Shown here: in pieces, positions 7,575-17,281 of the stretch | Layout of the letters: every line of letters starts with the position of its first letter | Position numbering within the stretch: the first letter of the stretch is position 1 | NCBI GenBank assembly: GCA_934162195.1 | Contig: CAKPHO010000002.1 | Span: 13,689-77,688 of the forward strand | DNA from: an uncultured Bacilli bacterium | Lineage (GTDB): Bacteria > Bacillota_I > Bacilli_A > RF39 > UBA660 | Direction: 5' to 3' | DNA: 64,000 nt | The notes under the pieces: generated by a model | What the model saw: only the letters and a program-made list of their open reading frames with translations | Told to the model about the DNA's origin: nothing | Database searches by the model: none | Translations under genes and position numbers: made by a program

Positions 7575-7606
7575 TTGTGCGCCTCTGTTCATATGATTAT
7601 AGTTAT

Positions 7607-7638
7607 AGATTATAGATAGATTCTATAATCTTTTTTTT
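7607..7638 (+). terminator. intrinsic terminator
   Basis: AGATTATAG-(7 nt)-CTATAATCT followed by T8. Confidence 0.7.
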
Positions 7639-7716
7639 AAGTAAAAAATATAATTTAAAATACTTGAAAAAAAATAACTAATATTATATACTTAATGTAT
7701 AGAAAGTAGGGATAAG

Positions 7717-8283
7717 ATGAAAAAAAGTTTAGGTATTGTGATTGGAGTAGTGGCTGCTGTTTTAATTATAATTGGTTTATTTGGTTCAAGCTACAATAAG
7801 ATGGTTAAAGAAAACGAAAATGTTGAAAGTAAATATTCAGATATTTCTGTTCAATTAAAAAGAAGAACTGATTTAATTCCAAATTTAGTTAATACTGTTA
7901 AAGGTTATATGGAACATGAACAAAATGTTATTGATAGTATTACTACAGCTCGTTCTAATTTAATGAGTGCAAAGACAGTTGAAGAACAAGCTAAAGCTAA
8001 CTCTGAATTAACCAGTGCATTAAATGCTCTTGCTGTTGTTGTAGAAAATTATCCAGATTTAAAAGCTAATACAAATTTTATACAATTACAAGATGAATTA
8101 GCTGGTACTGAAAATAGAATAGCTGTATCACGCAAAGATTATAATGATGCTGTTAAGAGTTATAATCAAATGATTAAAAGCTTTCCAAAAAATTTAGTTG
8201 TTGGTATGTTTGGTTTTGAAAAGAAAGCATATTTTGAAATTTCAGAATCAGAAAAAGAGGTACCAAATGTTTCATTTGAATAG
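7717..8283 (+). CDS. lemA: LemA family protein
   Basis: N-terminal TM plus LemA signature regions (RRTDLIPNLV, YMEHEQ, ENYPDLKAN, ELAGTENRIAVSRKDYN). Confidence 0.9.
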   Translation: MKKSLGIVIGVVAAVLIIIGLFGSSYNKMVKENENVESKYSDISVQLKRRTDLIPNLVNTVKGYMEHEQNVIDSITTARSNLMSAKTVEEQAKANSELTSALNALAVVVENYPDLKANTNFIQLQDELAGTENRIAVSRKDYNDAVKSYNQMIKSFPKNLVVGMFGFEKKAYFEISESEKEVPNVSFE

Positions 8284-9196
8284 GATTAAAAAGTATTTAA
8301 TCCTTCTTCTTTTATTTATTAGTATAGGTTGTTTTAGTAATGTAAAAGCTTTGGTAAATCCTACAAATGAATTTTATGTAAATGACTATGCTAATATATT
8401 ATCTGAAGAAACTGAAAAATATATTATTGATAAAAGTTCAAAACTAGCTAATGTTGATGGAACGCAAATTGTTGTTGTGACAGTTCCAAATTTAGAAGGT
8501 CAAAGTTTGGAATCTTATGCAACTGCGTTATTTCGTAAATTTGGAATAGGCAATAAAGAAAAGAATAATGGATTACTGTTATTACTTGCTTTAGAAGAAA
8601 GGCAGTTTAGAGTAGAGGTAGGATATGGTCTTGAAGGTATACTTCCAGATGGAAAAACAGGAAGGTTTCAAGATCAATATATAATTCCATATTTAAGAGA
8701 GAATAATTGGGATGAAGGAATTAAAAATGGTTATGATGCTTTCTATTCTGAAATAGTTAAACAAAATAATTTGGATTTAAGTTATACTGAAGCTACTGCT
8801 ATTGCGGATAGTCAAGGAGATTCGGAAAATTTAATGTTACTATTATTCTTAGGAGCGGTAATTGGATGCGTAAATGGTGCCATTTTAAAGAATGTGGTAA
8901 AAAATAAAGGTATTGGAATAAAGGTTTTAGCATTTATTTTGTACTACGTATTTGTATTTATTGTTGCAGGATGGGCACTTAGTAATAATTTACAAAATTT
9001 ATTTCTTTGTTTATGCCCAATGAATCCTATCGCATTCTTGTTTGGTTATTTAAATTTGCAAACTCGAATAGGTTCTGGATCTGGTGGATATGGAGGATGG
9101 TCATCAGGTGGTAGTAGTTGGGGTTCTTCCGGAGGCGGAGGATTCTCTGGCGGAGGAGGTTCTTCTGGTGGTGGAGGAAGCTCAAGAGGTTTTTAG
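8267..9196 (+). CDS. TPM domain-containing protein (YgcG-like) with Gly/Ser-rich tail
   Basis: Signal peptide, a TPM phosphatase-like domain (VNDYANILSEE...QIVVVTV...NGLLLLLALEERQFRVEVGYGLEG), TM segments and a GGSSGGG tail. It forms the usual LemA-TPM pair. ATG 8267 was chosen instead of 8198. Confidence 0.8.
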   Translation: MFHLNRIKKYLILLLLFISIGCFSNVKALVNPTNEFYVNDYANILSEETEKYIIDKSSKLANVDGTQIVVVTVPNLEGQSLESYATALFRKFGIGNKEKNNGLLLLLALEERQFRVEVGYGLEGILPDGKTGRFQDQYIIPYLRENNWDEGIKNGYDAFYSEIVKQNNLDLSYTEATAIADSQGDSENLMLLLFLGAVIGCVNGAILKNVVKNKGIGIKVLAFILYYVFVFIVAGWALSNNLQNLFLCLCPMNPIAFLFGYLNLQTRIGSGSGGYGGWSSGGSSWGSSGGGGFSGGGGSSGGGGSSRGF

Positions 9197-9210
9197 AAAG
9201 GAATATAAAA

Positions 9211-9645
9211 ATGAAAAAAATATTAATTAGTGTTTGTTTATTAGTATGTATGATTGGTATATGTGGTTGTGAAAAAGTAGGCTACAAAGAAGGAAAATAT
9301 AGTGGTAGTGCCTTAGATACTTATAATAACGAAGAAAATACTGCTACTGCAGATGTTGTTATTAACAAAGAAGGAAAAATCGAAAGTGTTTATATTGATA
9401 CAACTTATCAAGGAACTACTAAAAAAACTTTAGGATATAATTATAATATGCAAAAATATTATCCATCTGCACAAGGTGAATGGTTTGAACAAGTTGAAAG
9501 ATTAGAAAAAGCAATTGTTGAAAATCAAGGAACTGAATTCTTAAAATTAAATGAAGATGGTAAGACAGATGCAGTTAGTGGATGTACTATTAAAATAGAT
9601 GCTATAGTAAAAGCTGTAGATGCTGCTTTAAGTAAAGCAAAATAG
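9211..9645 (+). CDS. FMN-binding domain lipoprotein
   Basis: MKKILISVCLLVCMIGICGC is a lipoprotein-like signal. The C-terminal DAVSGCT resembles the ApbE flavinylation motif. ATG 9211 was chosen instead of 9118. Confidence 0.7.
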   Translation: MKKILISVCLLVCMIGICGCEKVGYKEGKYSGSALDTYNNEENTATADVVINKEGKIESVYIDTTYQGTTKKTLGYNYNMQKYYPSAQGEWFEQVERLEKAIVENQGTEFLKLNEDGKTDAVSGCTIKIDAIVKAVDAALSKAK

Positions 9646-9717
9646 AGTAGAATTTCTACTCTTTTTTTATCTTTGGAAATAATTAAAAAAGATGATATAA
9701 TATTAAAGGTGAGTGAG

Positions 9718-10188
9718 ATGAAAAAGATATTACCAATTAGTTTATTATTAGTTGTAATAGATCAAATAGTTAAAATACTTGTCATAAATAAGATGGCTCT
9801 ACAACAATCTATTATTGTTATTAACAATTTTTTTAATATAACATATGTTAAAAATACTGGAGCAGCATGGAGTATCTTAAGTGGTAATGTATTACTTCTA
9901 ATAATGATTTCAATCATTGCTTTAGGTGTTATATATTATTGTTTGATTAAAGGTAAAGAATTAAAAAAAATAGATATAGTAAGCTATAGTATGCTAATAG
10001 GTGGTATAATAGGAAATCTAATTGATCGAGTAGTACATGGCTATGTTATTGATTATTTAGATTTTAAAATATTTAATTATAATTTTCCAATTTTTAATAT
10101 CGCAGATACTTTAATAGTCATCTCTATTATAATAATTGGAATTAGCTTGATAGTAGGTGAATATCGTGAACAAAATAGAAATAAATGA
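9718..10188 (+). CDS. lspA: lipoprotein signal peptidase II
   Basis: NTGAAWS, NLIDR and FNIADT motifs in a 4-TM protein. ATG 9718 follows GGTGAGTGAG. Confidence 0.9.
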   Translation: MKKILPISLLLVVIDQIVKILVINKMALQQSIIVINNFFNITYVKNTGAAWSILSGNVLLLIMISIIALGVIYYCLIKGKELKKIDIVSYSMLIGGIIGNLIDRVVHGYVIDYLDFKIFNYNFPIFNIADTLIVISIIIIGISLIVGEYREQNRNK

Positions 10189-11068
10189 AGAAGTAAAAAC
10201 AAGATTAGACCAATATTTAAGTGAAAAAACTGAGTATAGCCGTAGTCAAATACAAAAAATGATTAAAGATGGTCTTGTTTTAGTAAATGATAAAAAAATT
10301 AAGAGTAGCTATATCCTAAAAATAGGTGATGTTTTAGAAATTGGTGAGCCAGAAGTGGATGTGTTAAGTGCAGAACCAGAAAAAATGGATTTAGATATAG
10401 TCTATGAAGATGATGATATTATTGTTGTTAATAAAGCAAATGGTGTAGTAGTACATCCTGCTGTTGGAAATAATCATGGAACACTTGTTAATGGTCTTGC
10501 TTATCATTCTAAAAATCTTAGTGATTTAAATGGTGAATTTAGACCGGGAATAGTACATAGAATTGATGCATATACAACAGGCTTATTAGTAGTTGCTAAA
10601 AATAACAAAGCACACGAGTCATTAGCGCGTCAATTAGAAGAAAAGTCAACACATCGTAAATATATCGCTTTAGTTTGGGGTGTTATTAATAATGAAACTG
10701 GTACTATTGATGCTCCTATCGGTAGAGATGAAAAAGACCGCAAAAAGATGGCTGTAACATCAACTAATAGCAAGCATGCTATTACACATTTTAAAGTATT
10801 AGAAAGATATAAAGATGCTACTTTAATTGAAGTAGAACTTGAAACTGGAAGAACACATCAAATTAGAGTTCATATGAATTATATAGGACATCCAGTAGTT
10901 AATGATCCAGTTTATGGAAATAAAAAATTAATAGATGAAACAGGACAATGTTTACATGCTAAAGAGTTAGGATTTGTTCATCCAACTACTGGAAAATATG
11001 TAGAATTTTCTAGCGAATTACCTAAATGTTTTGTTAATATTTTAAACAAATTTAAAGGGAGTGATTAA
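10166..11068 (+). CDS. rluD: 23S rRNA pseudouridine synthase, RluA/RluD family
   Basis: S4 domain (RLDQYLS) plus HRIDAYTTGLLVVAK and TGRTHQIRVH motifs. The lspA-rluD order is conserved. The start (GTG 10166) is uncertain by a few codons. Confidence 0.9.
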   Translation: MNKIEINEEVKTRLDQYLSEKTEYSRSQIQKMIKDGLVLVNDKKIKSSYILKIGDVLEIGEPEVDVLSAEPEKMDLDIVYEDDDIIVVNKANGVVVHPAVGNNHGTLVNGLAYHSKNLSDLNGEFRPGIVHRIDAYTTGLLVVAKNNKAHESLARQLEEKSTHRKYIALVWGVINNETGTIDAPIGRDEKDRKKMAVTSTNSKHAITHFKVLERYKDATLIEVELETGRTHQIRVHMNYIGHPVVNDPVYGNKKLIDETGQCLHAKELGFVHPTTGKYVEFSSELPKCFVNILNKFKGSD

Positions 11069-12217
11069 ATGGAAAGTATAATCAATAAAAATGATGAATT
11101 GGTTATGAAATTATTACATTATTTCATAACAGAAAAAGGTTATAATCCAATTGTTTTACATGGTGCTCAAAATGAAATATGGCTTGAAAACTTGGATCAA
11201 GACTATAAGATTGTAAGAATTGTAAGTAATTATATTCATAATGATGAACAATTAGATTTTGATATATTTAAAACAAAAAATATTATGAAAAAGATTAAAA
11301 GAAAAACCTTTTCTTTTAATATGAATGCTTTAAGTATTTTTCTAAATTTAGGTGATAATGTTCATTTTAATAATGATAAATTTGGTTCTAATTTGATTGC
11401 CATTGATTTAAAGAATTTTAATGATTTAGAAAATAACCAAGCAATAATAAAATCATTTCCAGATATTTGTAAAAAAGAAGAAACAAATGAAGATGGTTTT
11501 AATTTGTTTATGAAATTGACAAAGGATATTAATGATAAAAACGAGGTCGAAGCTAAGAAAGCAGAAGATATATTTACAAAGAAAAGACCGATTATTACTT
11601 ATGCTTTAATAATTATTAATGTCTTGGTTTTTATAGCAATGTATATTTTTGGTAAAGGTAGTGAAGATAATTTAACATTAGTATTATTTGGTGCTAATTA
11701 TCCAGCTTTAGTAAGAGCGGGAGATTATTATCGCCTTATTACAAGTGCTTTTCTTCATTCAGGTTTACTACATTTAATATTTAATAACTATGCATTATAT
11801 GTAATAGGTTCACAATTAGAAAGTTTTTTAGGTAGAGTTAAATTTTTGATCATATATTTAGTAAGTGCTATATGTGGAAGTTTAATGTCAATGTTATTTA
11901 GCAATGGAATAAGTGTAGGAGCTAGTGGTGCAATATTTGGTCTTTTAGGTTCACTTTTATATTTTGGATACAATTATCGTGTATATTTAGGTACTGTTTT
12001 AAAATCTCAAATAATACCTCTAATTATTCTTAACTTAATAATTGGTTTTGTAACACCAGGAATTGATAATGCTGCTCATATCGGAGGACTTTTAGGAGGA
12101 CTTGGTATGACTATGGCATTAGGTATCAAATATAAAACAAGTACATTTGAGAAAGTAAATGGTAAAATAATAATGGCTATATATGTAGGATTTTTAATTT
12201 TTATGGCATTTTTTTGA
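11069..12217 (+). CDS. rhomboid family intramembrane serine protease (YqgP/GluP-like)
   Basis: Cytoplasmic N-domain followed by a rhomboid core with HSGLLHLIFN, GASGAIFGL and AHIGG motifs. Confidence 0.85.
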   Translation: MESIINKNDELVMKLLHYFITEKGYNPIVLHGAQNEIWLENLDQDYKIVRIVSNYIHNDEQLDFDIFKTKNIMKKIKRKTFSFNMNALSIFLNLGDNVHFNNDKFGSNLIAIDLKNFNDLENNQAIIKSFPDICKKEETNEDGFNLFMKLTKDINDKNEVEAKKAEDIFTKKRPIITYALIIINVLVFIAMYIFGKGSEDNLTLVLFGANYPALVRAGDYYRLITSAFLHSGLLHLIFNNYALYVIGSQLESFLGRVKFLIIYLVSAICGSLMSMLFSNGISVGASGAIFGLLGSLLYFGYNYRVYLGTVLKSQIIPLIILNLIIGFVTPGIDNAAHIGGLLGGLGMTMALGIKYKTSTFEKVNGKIIMAIYVGFLIFMAFF

Positions 12218-12305
12218 TAAGAAAGGGTACAAGGATTTGTACTTTTTTTGTTTATAAAAAAGGAAATAGAAAAGTTATCTTGTATATTATAAGTAGGAGG
12301 TAACT

Positions 12306-13196
12306 ATGAACTATTATGATGAAATAAAAACTAAATTAATAGATAATGAAATATATTCTAGAGTAAAAGATTATTCAAAAGAGAGAAATACTGTTATTAC
12401 ATATTTTGAAATAGGTAAATTATTAAATGAAGCAGGCGGTAAATATGGGGATAATATTATAGATGAATATTCTAAAAAATTGGTTTTAGAAGTAGGTAAA
12501 AAATATAATAGAAGTACATTATTTAAGATGAAAAAATTATATAATGTATTTAGAAATGAAAAAGTGGCACCACTGGTGCCACAATTAACTTGGAGTCAGT
12601 GTTTATTGTTAATACCAATAAATAACATAAATGAAATCCGTTATTATGCAACGCAAGCTAAAGAAAGAAATTTATCAAAAAGACAGCTAGAAGAAATAGT
12701 TAAAAATAAAGAATATGAAAGATTGCCTATAGAAACTAAGAATAAACTAATGAATGAAGAAAAACTGGAAGTAAAAGATTTAGTGCCTAATCCAATATTA
12801 ATAAGAAATAAAAATAATATAGAGATAATTACAGAAAAAGTATTACATAATCTAATACTTGAAGATATAACATTATTTATGAGAGAGCTTGGTAATTCAT
12901 TTAGTTTTATAGATAGTGAATATAAAATAAAAATAGGAGATAGATATAATTATATAGATTTATTACTTTATAATATAAAGTACAATGCCTATATTGTGGT
13001 AGAACTAAAAGTAACTGAATTTAAAGTAGAATATATATCACAAGTACAAAAATACATGAATTATATAGATAAAAATGTTAAAGAAATAAGTAATAATAAT
13101 ACAATAGGTATCTTAATTTGTAAAAAGGAAAATAAATTTGTTATCGAATATTGTTCAGATGATAGAATTACAGTTAGAGAATATGAATTAGTGTAA
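12306..13196 (+). CDS. PDDEXK nuclease family protein (YhcG/DUF1016-like), intact copy
   Basis: 296 aa with the DUF1016-like N-terminal region (ITYFEIGKLLNEAGGKYGD, LTWSQ) and the core YIDLLLYN...VVELK. A paralog lies at 45462. Confidence 0.7.
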   Translation: MNYYDEIKTKLIDNEIYSRVKDYSKERNTVITYFEIGKLLNEAGGKYGDNIIDEYSKKLVLEVGKKYNRSTLFKMKKLYNVFRNEKVAPLVPQLTWSQCLLLIPINNINEIRYYATQAKERNLSKRQLEEIVKNKEYERLPIETKNKLMNEEKLEVKDLVPNPILIRNKNNIEIITEKVLHNLILEDITLFMRELGNSFSFIDSEYKIKIGDRYNYIDLLLYNIKYNAYIVVELKVTEFKVEYISQVQKYMNYIDKNVKEISNNNTIGILICKKENKFVIEYCSDDRITVREYELV

Positions 13197-13307
13197 AGAA
13201 TAATTAAAAATTTTAAAATATAAAAAATATTTTGTCAACTAGGTTAAAATCAGAGACAATCCTTTGCGATTGTTTTTTGTTGTGGTAAAATAAATGTGGT
13301 GATGGAA

Positions 13308-14021
13308 ATGCAAAGATATTTCAGTAATAAATTAAAAGATAATAAATTTGAACTTAGAAATGATGATATTTATCATATAACTCGTGTTATGCGTATGAAA
13401 AGTGGAGATAACATTGAGGTTGTTTATGATGAGAAAGTATATTTGTGCTGTATAGATTTTGTAAATGGAAATCTTGAAGTAAATGTAGTTAAGTGTCGTG
13501 AAACAAGTGATGAAAAGATAATTGAAAAAGTATTAATCATTCCACTTTTAAAAGAAACAAAAATGGATTTAATTTTACAAAAGGCAACAGAACTTGGAGT
13601 AAATAAGATTATTCCAGTTGAAATGGAACGTAGTATTATCAAGTTAAATAAAGAAAAAGAAGATAAAAAAATTGAAAGATGGATGAGAATAGTAAAAGAA
13701 GCTAGTGAACAATCTATGCGTGTTAATATTCCTATAATAACTGAAGTAAAAAAGATGAATGAATTAGAAAGCGAAACTGGCTTAAAACTAGTTTGTAGTA
13801 CTAAAGAAAAAGAAAATACTATCAAAATGGTTTTGCAATCACATAAAAGTTATGATAAAATTAATATAGTAATTGGACCTGAGGGAGGAATATCTCCGAA
13901 AGAAGAAGAGTACCTAAATAGTATTGGGTTTAAAAGTGTTAGTTTAGGGAAAAACATTATGAGAGTAGAGACCGTTCCTCTTTATATACTAAGTGTATTA
14001 AATTATGAAAATATGGAGTGA
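13308..14021 (+). CDS. rsmE: 16S rRNA (uracil1498-N3)-methyltransferase
   Basis: The RsmE pattern is present (HITRVMRMKSGD, KLDLILQKATELGV, ERSI, GPEGGISP, LGKNIMRVETVPL). It is followed by mtaB as in the yqeU-yqeV order. The start is ATG 13302 or 13308. Confidence 0.85.
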   Translation: MQRYFSNKLKDNKFELRNDDIYHITRVMRMKSGDNIEVVYDEKVYLCCIDFVNGNLEVNVVKCRETSDEKIIEKVLIIPLLKETKMDLILQKATELGVNKIIPVEMERSIIKLNKEKEDKKIERWMRIVKEASEQSMRVNIPIITEVKKMNELESETGLKLVCSTKEKENTIKMVLQSHKSYDKINIVIGPEGGISPKEEEYLNSIGFKSVSLGKNIMRVETVPLYILSVLNYENME

Positions 14022-14025
14022 TATT

Positions 14026-14697
14026 ATGAATTCATTAATGAATATTATTAATAATTCAACTTTTTATTATGTTGTAGTCGCATTAGCGTATGTTTTAGTG
14101 ATTCTTTTTGTTATATTTTTACTTGTTAGAAACAAAAAGAAAAGAATTGAAAAAAGAATAATGGAAGAAGAGAATAAAAAAGATATAGAGGCAGTTGATT
14201 TAGAAGCTGTTTTGGATAAGATGCAAGAAGATGTAAATAAGACCAAAGTTGATGAAGTAAAATCTTTTGAAGAAGAACAAGAAGAAAAAGCTATTATTAG
14301 TTATCAAGAATTATTAAAAGCTGTAAAAAAAGATGTTGATAATGTTACAAAGGTTGAACTTCCAAAAACAGAAATAGAAGTTGAAACAGAAGAAGAACCA
14401 GTTCAAATTATACCAGAAGAAACTATTGAAAAAGCGGATAATGCTCCTGAATTAGAGGTTATGGAAGAAAAAGAAATTAAAAAACCATCAAAATTTCAAA
14501 ATAGTGAATTTATATCTCCAATATATGGTAGAGTTAACAGTGATATGAAATATCCTAAAATACCTGCTTTTAGAGAAGAAGAGCAAACCAATCATGAAGA
14601 AGATTTAGAAAAAACTATTGTTTTCGATGCAATTAAAGATGATGATAGTGATGAATTTTTAAAAGCGCTAAAAGAATTTAGAAATAACTTAGAATAA
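14026..14697 (+). CDS. membrane-anchored acidic protein, unknown function
   Basis: One N-terminal TM followed by a Glu/Lys-rich low-complexity region. No family was recognised. Confidence 0.4.
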   Translation: MNSLMNIINNSTFYYVVVALAYVLVILFVIFLLVRNKKKRIEKRIMEEENKKDIEAVDLEAVLDKMQEDVNKTKVDEVKSFEEEQEEKAIISYQELLKAVKKDVDNVTKVELPKTEIEVETEEEPVQIIPEETIEKADNAPELEVMEEKEIKKPSKFQNSEFISPIYGRVNSDMKYPKIPAFREEEQTNHEEDLEKTIVFDAIKDDDSDEFLKALKEFRNNLE

Positions 14698-14731
14698 GCT
14701 TAGGCTTATTTTTTTACGAGGAAGTGATAAG

Positions 14732-16015
14732 ATGAAATTTTACATATATACACTAGGGTGTAAAGTAAATACATACGAGAGTAATGTTATGAGTGATTTA
14801 TTAAAAGATAAAGGATATAAAGAGGTATCTGATTTAGATGATGCGGATGTTTATATAATAAATACGTGTACAGTAACAAATACAGCTGATAATAAGTCAT
14901 TGAAAACAATTAGACAGGCGCATAGAACTAATCCTAACGCATTAATTGTAGTTTGTGGTTGTATGAGTCAACACCGCTTTAAAGATCTAATAGGCATGGA
15001 GGGTGTTAGTGTAGTACTAGGAAATAAAAATAAAAGTAAAATAGTTGAGTATATTGAAAAATACCAAAAAGATAAAAAGCAAATAGTTGATATATATGAT
15101 TTAACTGATGTTCCATTTGAAACAATGAAATTAAATAATTTCGATAAAACAAGAGCGTTTGTTAAAATTCAAGACGGATGTAATAACTTTTGTTCTTATT
15201 GTATAATTCCTTATACAAGAGGAAATGTTCGTAGTAAAAAACCAGAAGATGTTTTAGAAGAAATAAAAACTTTAGTTGAAGGTGGACATGAAGAAGTAGT
15301 TTTAACTGGAATTCATACCGGACACTATGGTTCAGAATTTGAAGACTATTCCTTCTCTGACTTATTAACAGATATTTTAAAAATAAAAGATTTAAAGAGA
15401 CTTAGAATATCTTCAATAGAAATTACAGAGTTGGATGATAAATTTTTAGATATATTAAAAAATAATAAAGTATTAGTTGATCATATGCATATACCTCTAC
15501 AATCTGGTTCAAATAAAATATTAAAATTGATGAATCGCAAATATGATAAAAAATACTTTATTGACAAGATTGAAAAGATAAGAAAGATTAGACCATTAAT
15601 TTCTATAACTACAGATATTATTGTAGGTTTTCCTGGAGAAACAGAAGAATTATTTAATGAAACACTAGAAACAGTAAAAAAGATAAGATTTAGTAAAATC
15701 CATGTTTTTCCATATTCTCCACGCGAAGGAACTAAGTCGACACTTATGGATGGACAAGTAGATGAAGTAACTAAAAAAAGAAGAGTTAAAACTTTAATTG
15801 AACTTAGTAAAGAATTAGAAATAGAGTATATGGATAAGTTTATTGGTCAGGAATTAGAATTTATTCCAGAAGTAGAACGTGATGGATATTTATTTGGCCA
15901 CACTGGTAACTATTTATATATCAAAACTAAAGGATGTAAAGAACTATTACATCAAAGTATAATGGTAAAGATAGAAAGTACTAACTACCCTTATTCAATT
16001 GGAGAGATTATTTAA
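14732..16015 (+). CDS. mtaB: tRNA methylthiotransferase, MiaB/MtaB family
   Basis: UPF0004 N-domain, radical SAM CNNFCSYCIIP motif and a TRAM-like C-terminus. It lies next to rsmE as yqeV does. Confidence 0.85.
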   Translation: MKFYIYTLGCKVNTYESNVMSDLLKDKGYKEVSDLDDADVYIINTCTVTNTADNKSLKTIRQAHRTNPNALIVVCGCMSQHRFKDLIGMEGVSVVLGNKNKSKIVEYIEKYQKDKKQIVDIYDLTDVPFETMKLNNFDKTRAFVKIQDGCNNFCSYCIIPYTRGNVRSKKPEDVLEEIKTLVEGGHEEVVLTGIHTGHYGSEFEDYSFSDLLTDILKIKDLKRLRISSIEITELDDKFLDILKNNKVLVDHMHIPLQSGSNKILKLMNRKYDKKYFIDKIEKIRKIRPLISITTDIIVGFPGETEELFNETLETVKKIRFSKIHVFPYSPREGTKSTLMDGQVDEVTKKRRVKTLIELSKELEIEYMDKFIGQELEFIPEVERDGYLFGHTGNYLYIKTKGCKELLHQSIMVKIESTNYPYSIGEII

Positions 16016-16071
16016 TCTCTTTTTTTGTTAACAAAAATCTTTTTATGCATAAACTATATTAGGTGGTTATC

Positions 16072-16437
16072 ATGGATAAAAAAGAGGAATTTAAAGCTTT
16101 TGTTAAAGAAAATCCGAAACTTTTAAAATATGTAAAAAGTGGAGAGATGACATGGCAGAAGTTTTATGAAATGTATGATATGTATGGTAAAGATGATAAT
16201 GTATGGAATGATTATCTAAAAGTAGGTGTTGCTACCGCTGCCGCAAGTGCAAGTGCCTTTTCATTTAATGATGTTATGAATTGGGTGAAAGGAATAAACT
16301 TGGATAGTGTTCAAACAGGAATAGGTAACCTTCAAAGAGTAATTGGGATGGTTCAAGATTTAACTAGTAAAGACTCTACCAATACAAAAAAAGAGGAATA
16401 TAAACCAAGACCTCTTTATAAACATTTTGATGATTAA
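16072..16437 (+). CDS. YlbD-like protein
   Basis: FKAFVKENPKLLKYVKSGEMTWQKFYEMYDMYGKDD resembles the YlbD family, and the protein precedes a YlbE-like ORF and rsmD (ylbH). Confidence 0.5.
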   Translation: MDKKEEFKAFVKENPKLLKYVKSGEMTWQKFYEMYDMYGKDDNVWNDYLKVGVATAAASASAFSFNDVMNWVKGINLDSVQTGIGNLQRVIGMVQDLTSKDSTNTKKEEYKPRPLYKHFDD

Positions 16438-16658
16438 TGATTCTAAAACTACAATTTATGATTAAAAATAACCCCAATTATGTTAAATATTTACATGAAC
16501 ACTCTGAGTGGTATAAGATATTAAATCGTAACCCTAATGCCTTTTCTTTGTTTGAAGAAAAAATGAAAGAAGATTATAAGTTAAGACCAAGTGATAAATT
16601 TGAAAGAGTTATTAGTACAATTGATATGTTACAAACAGTTCTTTCAACTTTAAAATAG
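16437..16658 (+). CDS. YlbE-like protein
   Basis: 73-aa protein containing YLHEHSEWYKILNRNP, in ylb-cluster synteny. Confidence 0.5.
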   Translation: MILKLQFMIKNNPNYVKYLHEHSEWYKILNRNPNAFSLFEEKMKEDYKLRPSDKFERVISTIDMLQTVLSTLK

Positions 16659-16685
16659 ATGTGGTAAAATATTGTTGGTGGTAAT

Positions 16686-17213
16686 ATGCGAATTATTAGT
16701 GGCAAATATAAAGGTAGAGAAATTAAAGGCTATAATATAGATGGTACTAGACCAACAATGGATAGAGTAAAAGAATCTTTGTTTGCATCTATTCAAAATT
16801 ATGTAAAAGGTAGTATATGTTTAGACTTATTTGCTGGATCCGGTGGCCTTGGAATAGAAGCTCTAAGTGAGGGAGCACTATCTTGTTATTTTGTAGATAA
16901 TAATAAAATAGTCATTGATACTTTAAGGCAAAATCTTACTAAGTTAAAAGTGGAAGAAGATTATTTTTTAATAAAAAAAGATTATGTGGAAGCTTTAAAA
17001 ACGTTTGATACAAAATTTGATATTATTTTTTTGGATCCACCATATCATTTAAATATGATGAACAATGCTATTGATTTAATAATTAAAAATGACCTATTAA
17101 ATGATGGTGGAATTATTGTTTGTGAATATGAAGAAGGAACAGTTAACTGTGACTTACAAATATTAAAAGAGAAGAAGTATGGAAGTAAAAACGTTACTAT
17201 TTTAAAAAAATAG
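16686..17213 (+). CDS. rsmD: 16S rRNA (guanine966-N2)-methyltransferase
   Basis: GTRPTMDRVKESLF, DLFAGSGGLGIEALS and the FLDPPY motif. Confidence 0.9.
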   Translation: MRIISGKYKGREIKGYNIDGTRPTMDRVKESLFASIQNYVKGSICLDLFAGSGGLGIEALSEGALSCYFVDNNKIVIDTLRQNLTKLKVEEDYFLIKKDYVEALKTFDTKFDIIFLDPPYHLNMMNNAIDLIIKNDLLNDGGIIVCEYEEGTVNCDLQILKEKKYGSKNVTILKK

Positions 17214-17281
17214 TAATTTTTTTTTGTAAAAAAAAGGATATAGCAAAATTTTAGCGAATGTTATAAGTGAGGAGGGAAAAA

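Noticed and set aside
7392-7592. Minus-strand 66-aa ORF overlapping the GC-rich end of pilin A, as a possible explanation for the compositional anomaly.
   Set aside because: The adenine avoidance is phased to the plus-strand pilin codons. The analogous patch in pilin B has no antisense ORF. The minus-strand ORF has no RBS and a low-complexity Ala/Thr/Ile product.
13424-13825. Long antisense ORFs inside confidently assigned genes: 1619-1807, 2234-2425, 6829-7071, 13424-13825, 23302-23589, 32273-32590, 32795-33028, 35518-35971, 38780-39073, 42230-42523, 44298-44564, 53175-53411, 60593-61079 and others.
   Set aside because: All lie opposite genes with clear family motifs. They encode low-complexity Leu/Ile/Phe/Ser-rich peptides and lack RBS context. 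Such ORFs are expected by chance on the antisense strand of AT-rich coding sequence.
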